Source: Roseobacter sp. (GTDB lineage Bacteria; Pseudomonadota; Alphaproteobacteria; Rhodobacterales; Rhodobacteraceae). From it: DNA of 64,000 nucleotides. Below are positions 48,478 through 57,065 of the stretch, piece after piece. Numbering within the stretch: the stretch's first letter is position 1; each line of letters opens with the position of its first letter. Made by a program: the position numbers and the translations under genes. Where the stretch lies: assembly GCA_039983935.1 (NCBI GenBank), contig JBDWVP010000055.1, positions 5,048 to 69,047 of the forward strand. The letters run 5' to 3'. Below the pieces are notes generated by a model that did no database searches, was not told the DNA's origin, and saw only the letters and a list, made by a program, of their open reading frames with translations.

Positions 48478-48681
48478 CTGAAATTCGTGCGCTACGCGGC
48501 ACCAGGCAATATAGTCTCTTTTGAGACCTTTGCGGGGATCTGCATGAAGGTCAGCTATGCCGATTTCTGAATTTTGGATCTGTTATTGACGTGGAGGCCA
48601 ACAACTGAGGTTTCACATAAAGCCGTACGTCTGCGGCTGGGCTGTTTGACGGTCTCAGTGGAGAGCGTCGCGTGGCCTCAC

Positions 48682-49479
48682 TTAGCCCAGAGGGTTTTTA
48701 TAGAACCCGAGCTTTTGTTTGAGCACAGCCCAGAGGAAAGGTGGCTCGTGGACCACATAGCGGTGAAAGCGTGCGCGCGGCTCTTTGACAAGCCGGTAGA
48801 GCCATTCAAAACCCCATTCAGTGATCCAGACAGGTGGCCGTTCGAACCCGCCGGATTCGTAATCGATTGTCCCGCCGAGCGGCAGCCAGAGTTTGACGCC
48901 GGGCATCCGATCTTTGTATTTCATGATGAACTTTTCCTGGCGTCCACCGGCAAGCCCGACCAGACAGACAGTGGCCCCGCTGTCGTTGATGGCTGCGATC
49001 ATGCGGTCGATCTCAGCGGGGTTGCTGTCGAAATCAAAGGCAGGGCTGTCGGTGCCCACAATGAATTCGCGGCCGACCTTGGCATTGATGTTCTCTGCAG
49101 CTTTTTCAGCGACACCCGGTTTGCCACCGCTCAGAAACACGGTCATGGAGGGGTCATCGGCATAGCGCATATAGAATTTCGGGAAATAATCACTCCCCGA
49201 GACCCGTTCCTGCACGGGTGAACCCAGCCAATGGGTGGCAAAATACATGATCTGGCTGTCACAGGTGATGACATCAAACTGCTCTAGCAGATCATAGAAT
49301 TCCTGATCCGATTGCAGCTTCATGATCATGTCCACATGCAACGTGAGCATCACGCCCTCGCGGAAGTTCTCCACGATATCGTCCATCGAGACGTCATGCA
49401 CCCAAGCGTTGAGCATCTGCATGCGTTTCATATCACCAAGGCCTTTGGGGACCTCAACATTGCTGCCATCGGCCATCAC
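48682..49479 (-). CDS. WecB/TagA/CpsF-family (GT26) glycosyltransferase
   Basis: 'ITCDSQIMYFATHWLG', 'VFLSGGKPGVAEKAAENI' and 'CLVGLAGGRQEKFI'. Confidence 0.8.
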   Translation of the reverse strand: MMADGSNVEVPKGLGDMKRMQMLNAWVHDVSMDDIVENFREGVMLTLHVDMIMKLQSDQEFYDLLEQFDVITCDSQIMYFATHWLGSPVQERVSGSDYFPKFYMRYADDPSMTVFLSGGKPGVAEKAAENINAKVGREFIVGTDSPAFDFDSNPAEIDRMIAAINDSGATVCLVGLAGGRQEKFIMKYKDRMPGVKLWLPLGGTIDYESGGFERPPVWITEWGFEWLYRLVKEPRARFHRYVVHEPPFLWAVLKQKLGFYKNPLG

Positions 49480-50345
49480 GCGGATACCCCCATGTATTTG
49501 TCTACCAGAGCTTTTGTGCCGTGGATATTGCCCGCTGAAGACGCGCCAAACACAATCGATTCAACGCCAGGCAGCTCTGATATCCAGTGGATCGCTTCAT
49601 CCGCCGGGATCGCCCCAGAGGCATAAACCGACATTGCGACAGCCCGTACCCGGCCTGATTTCAGCGCATCAAGATAGGCGTCAAACCCGCCTGACATCCG
49701 AAACCCAAGTTTGTTGATATTAGAACAGATAATCGGTCGTTCGATACCTTCTTTTTCCAGAGCTTCCAAAAGTGCGGGCATGTTCATGGTAATATAAGCA
49801 GGCTCTGCACCGTGTTTTTCACGGATATGATCGTCAAAAATCTTGAAGGCGCGGGTGAAGCCCATGCCCAACAGCAGATCGGTAAAAACGTTCTGGATAA
49901 AGACAACGGGTGTTTTGGCACCTTCGAACATCTTCATTTCCATGTCGATGAGGACTTTGGCGATCCCGTCTACTTCTTTGGTTGCCAGCGCCTTGGTGCC
50001 GGTCAGTGCGGTTGCCAACAATCCGTCAGACGGCATGAAGTCGCGCAGCGCTCCCACCATGCCATGCTCGGTCACCGCATTGGCGTATTTATGTGCATAA
50101 GGCATGCAGGGGTAAAACTGGAAATCGGGATAGCGCGCAGGATCTGCCTGCACGCGCCGGGCGATTTCCGCGATGCGGTCGTGCGTGGTGCACATAAAGG
50201 TGTTGATGCCCGCATCATAGGCCACGTCGAGCACATCCATAATGGCGTCACTGCGCTGAAACCGCATGGCCTGCGCGCGGGCTTTCTCCTCAGACATGTG
50301 GTTGATGCCGAAAAATTGGTTATCACCGAATAGAAGCTTGTCCAT
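49476..50345 (-). CDS. Hypothetical protein (family not recognised; possibly TIM-barrel/aldo-keto-reductase-like)
   Basis: ATG at 50345 is preceded by 'GAGGAGAG' and avoids overlap with the upstream gene. There is an ATGA overlap with the downstream GT26 gene. No diagnostic motif was found. Confidence 0.5.
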   Translation of the reverse strand: MDKLLFGDNQFFGINHMSEEKARAQAMRFQRSDAIMDVLDVAYDAGINTFMCTTHDRIAEIARRVQADPARYPDFQFYPCMPYAHKYANAVTEHGMVGALRDFMPSDGLLATALTGTKALATKEVDGIAKVLIDMEMKMFEGAKTPVVFIQNVFTDLLLGMGFTRAFKIFDDHIREKHGAEPAYITMNMPALLEALEKEGIERPIICSNINKLGFRMSGGFDAYLDALKSGRVRAVAMSVYASGAIPADEAIHWISELPGVESIVFGASSAGNIHGTKALVDKYMGVSA

Positions 50346-50355
50346 GTCTCTCTCC

Positions 50356-51447
50356 TCAGCGCCCAAACCAGCCGCGTTTTTTGGCAGCTTGCGGGGCTGC
50401 GGCACGCGCCTCGCCGACAGGCTGTCCGGTTTCTGCGTTTTCGATGATCATTGCCATGGTCTTGTCCGTCTCGGTCGCGCTGGCAAAACCATTCTGGGCG
50501 GCCGTGGATTTGCCATCGCGGACCGCGCCGATGAAATCGTCAAGCTGGCCAGAATATTCTTCACCCCGCAGATAGAACCAGCGGTCTTCTGTCAACTCGG
50601 TGGTGTATTTTACGGTCCAGCCTTCGTCGTAACCAGCAAGGCCATCAACGGGTTTGCGCAGATAGGCCTGGCATTCCTGCCGGTCCGCATAAAGGCGACC
50701 ATTGGTACCAATGAGGCTGATTTTGGTGGACATCTTGCGGTGGCTCTCATCCGACCAGTTGACGGACAGCTGTGCGGTCGGCCCATCGTTCCAGCGCAGG
50801 GTAGAGAAGACTTCGTCGTCTGTTCCCTCAGAGAAAACCTGACCCAGATGTGAGCCGATCACCTGATCTGGTGCCCCAAAGAACCAGTTCAAGAGGTTCA
50901 GCGGATGGGCGGCGTAATCATACAGGCAGCCCCCGCCTTCGGCTTTGTCCGTGCGCCACGTCGCGCGTTTTGGACGCAGCACCACAGGCCCGTAAGCTTC
51001 GGCCAGAACATGGGTGATCCGTCCGATGGCCCCTGCTTCGATCAGGCGTCTCATCTCGGCAAAAGCGCCCACATAACGATAGTGATAGCCAACCTGTGCA
51101 ACCAATCCTTTTTCAGCAGCCAGATCGGTTAAACGCTGGCTGTCGGCCCAATCAAGGCAAAAGGGTTTTTCGCAAAATACATGCAGACCTTTATCCAGAG
51201 CGGCCTGCACCATAGGCGCATGCAAGCGGGACGGCGTGGCAATCACAACCGCGTCAAGCGCCTCTTTCTCGAGCATCTCGTTGTAATCTTTGTGGACGGG
51301 GGTCTCGATGTTCTTACTCAAGACATCCACCATAAACCCCGATCCATCGCAGGCGATAGTGTCGACATCCGGATGCGCGTTGACCATGGAAAAATGGCTG
51401 AGGCCCATTTTGCCCAGCCCTACAACGCCAACTTTTATCTTCTGCAC
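50356..51447 (-). CDS. Gfo/Idh/MocA-family NAD(P)-dependent sugar oxidoreductase
   Basis: 'MQKIKVGVVGLGKMGLSHF', 'DAVVIATPSRLHAPM' and 'HVFCEKPF'. Confidence 0.85.
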   Translation of the reverse strand: MQKIKVGVVGLGKMGLSHFSMVNAHPDVDTIACDGSGFMVDVLSKNIETPVHKDYNEMLEKEALDAVVIATPSRLHAPMVQAALDKGLHVFCEKPFCLDWADSQRLTDLAAEKGLVAQVGYHYRYVGAFAEMRRLIEAGAIGRITHVLAEAYGPVVLRPKRATWRTDKAEGGGCLYDYAAHPLNLLNWFFGAPDQVIGSHLGQVFSEGTDDEVFSTLRWNDGPTAQLSVNWSDESHRKMSTKISLIGTNGRLYADRQECQAYLRKPVDGLAGYDEGWTVKYTTELTEDRWFYLRGEEYSGQLDDFIGAVRDGKSTAAQNGFASATETDKTMAMIIENAETGQPVGEARAAAPQAAKKRGWFGR

Positions 51448-51755
51448 GATCCTACTCTAACCTCTCGTCATGAAATTTAGCATTTTACGGTGTCCGGTGC
51501 TTGCCAATACCGCTCTATACGTCCGCAATTCCTGTTCATCCGACTAAATGCAACCCAAATAGAACAGAAACATTACTGAGTGGTGGCATTTGTATATTCA
51601 AGGTAAATAGTTACGCATATTGACGCAACATGCTCTGTTTTGTTGTGGCCAGACGTGAGCATCATGGGTCGCAGTGTTGAACGCTGGCCAGAAAAAGATG
51701 GCCTGGCCGCATGAGGCACTGCCTTTATTCGATCTGATCTGATTTTGCCTGATAT

Positions 51756-53069
51756 TCACGTGCTACGATTTGCTAGAACTTTGGTGTAAATCTCGACGAT
51801 TTTGCGCGCTTTTGCGGGCCATGTGAAATCGTCAAACACCCGTGTTTGGGCGTGCTTTGCCATCGAGGGCAGGGTATCGCGGTTCTCTAGAATACTATCC
51901 AGGACGTGGCGCAGGGCGACGATAATTTCGTCTCGAGAACCAATTGGGACGGCAAAACCGGTCTCTGGTGTGACGAGCTCTCCGGGTCCCGCGTAATCTA
52001 CAATCACTGGAACCACGCCCAGCGACATTGCTTCCAAGACAACACCCCCGCCGAACTCGCGAATGGAGGGGAAAAGCAGGATGTTGGACTGTACTGCAAT
52101 GTCCTGAACGGTCTCATGCGCCATCTGCCCGTGGAAGGTGACCGCATCTCCTAAGCCGGCGTCCTGAACCATAGCCTCTAGCGCGCCGCGCATTGGGCCG
52201 TCGCCGATAACGTCAAGCCGCATTGCGCCGCTTTCCAGATGTGGTCGCGCAGCTTCGATCCCCATATCGAGCCCCTTGTACGGCACAAGCCGCCCAATAA
52301 AGACCCCCCGCAACGGGCCTTCTGTGCGCTGTTCGGCGATACGAGAGAACCGCGTAGTGTCGATCGCATTTTCTGGGCAATAATAGACCCTATCCTGAAG
52401 GTCTTCTGGGATTTCGCTCGCAGTATGACGTGAACCGGCCAGAAAGGCCGCCGTCGATTTCAACATTCGCGACCGACCGGGCATCAATTTGTAGGCATCG
52501 CGTACGTAGGACAACCATTCCCGTTCGCGTCGTCGCTCTGTGTCAAACCCTTTTGGCCAAGGGACACCGCCGTTGAGAGGGCCGACCATAAACGGCACCC
52601 CAGCTGCGGCGCATTTCGCGGCGATCGGTGAAACTGTTGTAGGGGTCAGCGGTGTGACACGATGTACGATATCATAGTGACCAGCTTTGATATCCGAGCC
52701 AAAACGTTGCCACACCAGACGCTCGAAATAGGGGTAACTAAGGACCGCAATGGCTGTGTTCATTGTCCAACCTTTGCCGCTGCCCATGCGCAGTACCTGA
52801 GCTAGTTTATGCATGGGTTTGGAGATGGCTTCTGAATCTATTGCCGTAAAATCTGTGCCTTCGATGTAACCGGCCCGCAAAATCGCCTCTTTGTTGCGGA
52901 TTTGAGTCACCAGATGCACATCCGCCACCTCGCGCAAAGCATGTGCCAACGACCAGCCAACCAACGGAACGCTTACCCATTCGGGGTTTGCGGCTTCGGC
53001 AATTAACAGAATTCGGGGGCGGGATATCGGATCATGATGTGTCTGGTCATGTGTCACGAGTGTCTCCAT
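51756..53069 (-). CDS. GT-B glycosyltransferase (GT4-like)
   Basis: 'ILLIAEAANPEWVSVP' and the C-terminal 'ILLFPSIREFGGGVVLEAMSLGVVPVIVDYAGPGELV'. Confidence 0.75.
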   Translation of the reverse strand: METLVTHDQTHHDPISRPRILLIAEAANPEWVSVPLVGWSLAHALREVADVHLVTQIRNKEAILRAGYIEGTDFTAIDSEAISKPMHKLAQVLRMGSGKGWTMNTAIAVLSYPYFERLVWQRFGSDIKAGHYDIVHRVTPLTPTTVSPIAAKCAAAGVPFMVGPLNGGVPWPKGFDTERRREREWLSYVRDAYKLMPGRSRMLKSTAAFLAGSRHTASEIPEDLQDRVYYCPENAIDTTRFSRIAEQRTEGPLRGVFIGRLVPYKGLDMGIEAARPHLESGAMRLDVIGDGPMRGALEAMVQDAGLGDAVTFHGQMAHETVQDIAVQSNILLFPSIREFGGGVVLEAMSLGVVPVIVDYAGPGELVTPETGFAVPIGSRDEIIVALRHVLDSILENRDTLPSMAKHAQTRVFDDFTWPAKARKIVEIYTKVLANRST

Positions 53070-53144
53070 TCTTCAGCGTCGGTGCGCGGATAACATGATC
53101 GTCAAAAAGGCAGAAGAAGAAATACACATCTCTCTCCCGTAGTA

Positions 53145-53792
53145 TCAAAGCATGCGTGGATGCCGGTCAATTAATGGTGCTAAGATGCCGCCCGCAACAA
53201 GACCGCCAAGGTGCGTCTGCCAAGCCAGTTGCCCCGCGAGAACCCACCATAACACGACGTTTAGTCCAACCAGAATTGCCAATGTTGCGAGGACCGGGCG
53301 AAGGCTGTCCCTGTCGGCGCGCCGGTCTATAAAATCCCATGCAAGCAGCCCCCCCGCGAGACCAAAAAGGGCCCCTGAGGCCCCCACCATCAGGCTGGGT
53401 CCGCTGGCCAGCAATGCGTATCCTGCCGCGCCACCAATCATTGTGCCAAGATAAAGCAGTGAAAACCCCGCGACCCCCACCCGGGCTAACACGGCGTATC
53501 CGAGAGACCATAACGTGACCATATTGACCACCAAATGGACGGGTCCACTGTGCAGGAAACCGTAGCTGAGAAACATCGCATAGGGCTGGGCTGTATAATT
53601 GGGCTGCCAATGATGCAACAGACCAACCCAGAAGCCGCCGTACTCATAGAATGTGGCACGTAACCGAGGCGACAATTCCAGATGGTTTGCCAGTTGCAAT
53701 GACCCCTCGACCCCAACGCAGGCTGCAATCGTCAAAATTAGAAGCCATCGACCTTGCACGGGTTTTTTGGAAGAAAGATCGGGTTGCACCAT
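53145..53792 (-). CDS. Minimal six-TM rhomboid-family intramembrane serine protease
   Basis: TM2 'FLHSGPVHLVVNM', TM4 catalytic 'GASGALFGLAGG' and TM6 catalytic 'QTHLGGLVAGG'. ATG at 53792 is preferred; the ORF-track start at 53846 is a TTG lying inside the duplicated promoter segment. Confidence 0.85.
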   Translation of the reverse strand: MVQPDLSSKKPVQGRWLLILTIAACVGVEGSLQLANHLELSPRLRATFYEYGGFWVGLLHHWQPNYTAQPYAMFLSYGFLHSGPVHLVVNMVTLWSLGYAVLARVGVAGFSLLYLGTMIGGAAGYALLASGPSLMVGASGALFGLAGGLLAWDFIDRRADRDSLRPVLATLAILVGLNVVLWWVLAGQLAWQTHLGGLVAGGILAPLIDRHPRML

Positions 53793-53859
53793 GAGATGAT
53801 AATGCCGTTGCGATGGGCTGAATAGCAAGAGGCTGAACCTGTTCAAATGCGCTGAAGTC

Positions 53860-53890
53860 TTGACAGATCGCTCGCATAAATTGTTAATAT
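53860..53890 (+). promoter_or_regulatory. Candidate sigma70-type promoter of VPLPA-tail gene copy 1
   Basis: 'TTGACA' (53860-53865), then a 17-19 nt spacer, then 'gTTAATAT'. It is conserved in copy 2. Confidence 0.45.
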
Positions 53891-53934
53891 ATTATTAAAT
53901 TTTTGGTTTTTTCGAACTAATAAACATGTCATTT

Positions 53935-54777
53935 ATGTTTCAGATTTTAGTGGAGTACTTTAAATTGCATTTTTTCAAAATTTCCCTTTTGGCGGGTCTG
54001 TTGACAGCCTCAGCCAGCACTGCTTCAACCATCGTTTCCCAATATGATGCCTTTGCCTCGATTTCGGTGAGCATTACGTCCGCCACCTTTGAACATTCTG
54101 GTGCTGATGCGCTGCCTGCGCTGAGCAACAGACATTGGGATGATGGCGTTGATTCTGGGACGGCTACTTCTGGTAGCGGGCAGCTATTGCGTACGCGGTC
54201 TGGAAACCCAGGAGTTCAGGGCGTGTCGAGCTACAGCGCATCCATGTCCGTGAGTGGTCATGCAAGCCCAACCGAGACATTTAGTCTCAGCGCTATAGGC
54301 GATTATATCCTGCCGACCTTCTACTACGGGCATTCATGCTCAAGATCTTCGACTGTTAATTGCGCTGATATTGATCGGGTGATGTTGGAGTTGTCTTTCG
54401 AAGTGGAGACACGCGTAACGACAGAGGTTTTCGATCCTTTGACAGGGGACGCATCGGCACATGCATCTGCCTTTCTGGGGTTCGAATATTTCTTGGGGCA
54501 ATATCAGTCCTCAACAGCGGACGGTTGGGATTTTCGCGTCGATGCCAGCGGCAATTCACTCTTTAGCGGCAGTTATAGTTTGGCCCTGGAGGCGGATTCA
54601 TCCCTCGGGTTGATGCTTTATTTTCCTTCTGTCAGGGGGAACGCATCCTATACGGCGCACTCGGCCCCATCCACAGTTCCGCTGCCCCCAGCAACGCCGC
54701 TTCTGGCTTCGGGGGTGTTGTTACTTGGACTGATGTCCAAGCGGGGCGGGAGCGCCCGAAAAAAAGCAGCGGCTTAA
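53935..54777 (+). CDS. Secreted Ser/Thr/Gly-rich protein with VPLPA/PEP-CTERM-type C-terminal sorting tail (copy 1)
   Basis: Signal peptide 'KISLLAGLLTASA|STAS'. Tail 'STVPLPPATPLLASGVLLLGLMSKRGGSARKKAAA' (motif + TM helix + basic cluster). ATG at 53935 is the start conserved with copy 2; the ATG at 53926 is followed by a stop in the copy-2 equivalent. Confidence 0.7.
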   Translation: MFQILVEYFKLHFFKISLLAGLLTASASTASTIVSQYDAFASISVSITSATFEHSGADALPALSNRHWDDGVDSGTATSGSGQLLRTRSGNPGVQGVSSYSASMSVSGHASPTETFSLSAIGDYILPTFYYGHSCSRSSTVNCADIDRVMLELSFEVETRVTTEVFDPLTGDASAHASAFLGFEYFLGQYQSSTADGWDFRVDASGNSLFSGSYSLALEADSSLGLMLYFPSVRGNASYTAHSAPSTVPLPPATPLLASGVLLLGLMSKRGGSARKKAAA

Positions 54778-54844
54778 TCAGACCATAGTCCGGCGCGATC
54801 GGCTGAATAGCAAGGGGTTGAACTTGTTCAAATGCGCTGATGTC

Positions 54845-54875
54845 TTGACAGATCGGCCGCATAAATTTTTAATAT
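54845..54875 (+). promoter_or_regulatory. Candidate sigma70-type promoter of VPLPA-tail gene copy 2
   Basis: 'TTGACA' (54845-54850), then a spacer, then 'tTTAATAT'. It is the duplicate of 53860-53890. Confidence 0.45.
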
Positions 54876-54919
54876 ATAATTAAATTTCTGATTTTTACGA
54901 ACTAATGAACATGTAATTT

Positions 54920-55774
54920 ATGTTTCGATTTTTAATGGAGTACTTTAAATTGCGTTTTTTCAAAATTTCCCTTTTGGCGGGTCTGCTGACAGCCTCAGCC
55001 AGCACTGCTTCAACCATCGTTTCCCAATACGAGGCCTTTGCCTCGATTTCGGTGAGCATTACGTCCGCCACCTTTGAACATTCTGGTGCTGATGCGCTGC
55101 CTGCGCTGAGCAACAGAAATTGGGGGGATATCTCTGATTCTGGGTCGTCTGTTTCTGGCACTGGGCAAGAATTTCAGGGCGGGGGCGGGTTTGGATACCC
55201 AAGAACGCCGGGAGGGAGTGCGTCGAGCTACACTAAGACCGGTTTTGTGAATGGTTATGCAACCCCAACCGAGACATTTGGTTCCAGCGGTAGAGCCGAT
55301 TATTTAACGCCGAGTTTCTACTACGGGCATTCATGCACAACATCTTCGACCGTTAATTGCGCTGATATTGATCGGGTGATGTTGGAGTTATCTTTCGAAG
55401 TGGAGACACGCGCAACGGCAGAGGTTTTCGATCCTTTGACAGGGGATGCATCGGCACAAGCATCTGCCTTTCTGGGGCTCGAATATTTCTTGGGGTCTAA
55501 TCAGCGCGGAGCAATGGACGGTTGGGATTTCCGCGTCGATGCCAGCAGCAATTCACTCTTTAGTGGCAGTTATAGTTTGGCTATGGATGCGGGTTCATCC
55601 CTTGGGATGGGGGTTTATATTCACCGTGTCTGGGGGAGCGCATCCTATACGGCGCACTCGGCCCCATCCACGGTTCCACTACCCCCAGCAACGCCGCTTC
55701 TGGCCTCGGGGATGTTGTTACTTGGACTGATGTCCAAGCTGGGCGGGAGCACCCGAAAAAAAGCGGCGACTTAA
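54920..55774 (+). CDS. Secreted Ser/Thr/Gly-rich protein with VPLPA/PEP-CTERM-type C-terminal sorting tail (copy 2)
   Basis: Paralogue of copy 1 with the same signal peptide and the tail 'STVPLPPATPLLASGMLLLGLMSKLGGSTRKKAAT'. The central segments are diverged. Confidence 0.7.
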   Translation: MFRFLMEYFKLRFFKISLLAGLLTASASTASTIVSQYEAFASISVSITSATFEHSGADALPALSNRNWGDISDSGSSVSGTGQEFQGGGGFGYPRTPGGSASSYTKTGFVNGYATPTETFGSSGRADYLTPSFYYGHSCTTSSTVNCADIDRVMLELSFEVETRATAEVFDPLTGDASAQASAFLGLEYFLGSNQRGAMDGWDFRVDASSNSLFSGSYSLAMDAGSSLGMGVYIHRVWGSASYTAHSAPSTVPLPPATPLLASGMLLLGLMSKLGGSTRKKAAT

Positions 55775-56694
55775 TCAGCCCATAGTTCGGCGCGATCGGC
55801 TTCAATTTCGCTGACGGCGCGTGCCTTCCCAACGAGGAGGGCGCGACGCTGATAGGCGCGAATGAAGCGGCGCAGCTCAGCGTCACCATTGCGTTCGGCT
55901 CCGCGCAACATTGCCCCGAAATACCCCTGCGCAATCGCAAGACCCCCCAACACATAAGGTTTCTGGCGCATCTTATTGACGACCGAAGCGAGCAGAAAGG
56001 CCGGACCAGTCCCCATGTAGTACTGACCAAACCCGTGCCGCCGCCGCCCGGTGAAAATACTGGTCTGGCTCGACCCCATGGGGCGTAAATGGTTGAAGCG
56101 CAGTTCCGGCACATCCCAGCTGACCGCCTTCCAGCCCATCATGCGGGCCTTGTGGCAGTCAATCCCGTCCCACATCACTTCGCGCACAAATCCTCCGAGT
56201 GCCTCGAAGGCGCTGACGCGGTAAAATTTGGTCATGCCCAGTGACATATCATCAGAGATATTCTCGGATTGCATTTGCCCCGTCTCATTTTCGAAATAGG
56301 CTTTGCCAGAACATGACGCGATACGTGGATCGGCCTCCATCCGTTTGATCAGTTCGCCAAAGTAGCCATGCGGCAGATCAAGATCGAGATCCAGCTTGCA
56401 CAAATAGGTATAATCCGTCGGGGTGAGAGTTTCATAGCCTGCGTAAAACGCCTCGATCACGCCGGGACCTACAGCCCGGTGACCGCGGTCAGGTTTTGGA
56501 ACGACTGTGATCCAATCGTGTTGTGCGGCATATTCCGCAAGAATTTGTGGCGTGGCATCGGTAGAGCCATCATCGACGATGATCCAGCGGGTTGGCTGCA
56601 CGGTTTGAGCCACAACACTATCGAGCGTGCGACGCATGTAATCCGCCTCGTTCCGGCAGGGTGAAATGAGCACATAGCTTTGGGGATCAGGCAT
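55771..56694 (-). CDS. Family 2 glycosyltransferase
   Basis: 'YVLISPCRNEADYMRRTLDSVVAQTVQPTRWIIVDDGSTDATPQIL' and 'CKLDLDLDL' (DxD region). Its 3' end overlaps the stop of copy 2 by 4 nt. Confidence 0.8.
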   Translation of the reverse strand: MPDPQSYVLISPCRNEADYMRRTLDSVVAQTVQPTRWIIVDDGSTDATPQILAEYAAQHDWITVVPKPDRGHRAVGPGVIEAFYAGYETLTPTDYTYLCKLDLDLDLPHGYFGELIKRMEADPRIASCSGKAYFENETGQMQSENISDDMSLGMTKFYRVSAFEALGGFVREVMWDGIDCHKARMMGWKAVSWDVPELRFNHLRPMGSSQTSIFTGRRRHGFGQYYMGTGPAFLLASVVNKMRQKPYVLGGLAIAQGYFGAMLRGAERNGDAELRRFIRAYQRRALLVGKARAVSEIEADRAELWAD

Positions 56695-57065
56695 AATGGA
56701 ACGCTTCCGTGTCTGTTGCGGATCTACTTTGACTTGTGCCCCAAACCGCGGTGACGTCGCAAGGGAAACGGTCGAGCAGGGGACAACTGTTACCGATATG
56801 TCGGGTCACACCTCTCCCGAGGATCATGCCTCGCAAGATATATGGAATGGTCAACCTTGCTATGTGGTTCCAATAGGGACACGTATCGATACTCTTGATG
56901 CACATACTGCTTTCTAGAGTGATGATCTTAATACATTGTTCAGCGCCTTGCTGTTCAGAACAGAAAGATGACCGTATTTCTACTGTGCCTACGAAAAAGG
57001 CGCTTTACCCATCTGAAGGTCTGGCTCAGGCCCAAAGCTGGCGACCAAAAGCACTTGCGGTGTAT

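Larger units (their letters stand above)
53816..55797. repeat. Tandem duplication of a ~985-997-bp unit (promoter + VPLPA-tail gene + 3' tip of the GT2 gene)
   Basis: Unit 1 is 53816-54800 and unit 2 is 54801-55797. The junction is at the microhomology GCGAT(G/C)GGCT (53810-53819, 54795-54804, 55792-55801). The first ~330 nt of the units are nearly identical. Confidence 0.85.

Noticed and set aside
53793-53934. Longer N-termini from the ORF track: rhomboid start at 53846 and cargo copy 1 start at 53926
   Set aside because: 53846 is a TTG lying inside the duplicated promoter segment. The ATG at 53926 corresponds to 'ATG TAA' in copy 2, so only the next ATG (53935/54920) is conserved as a start in both copies.
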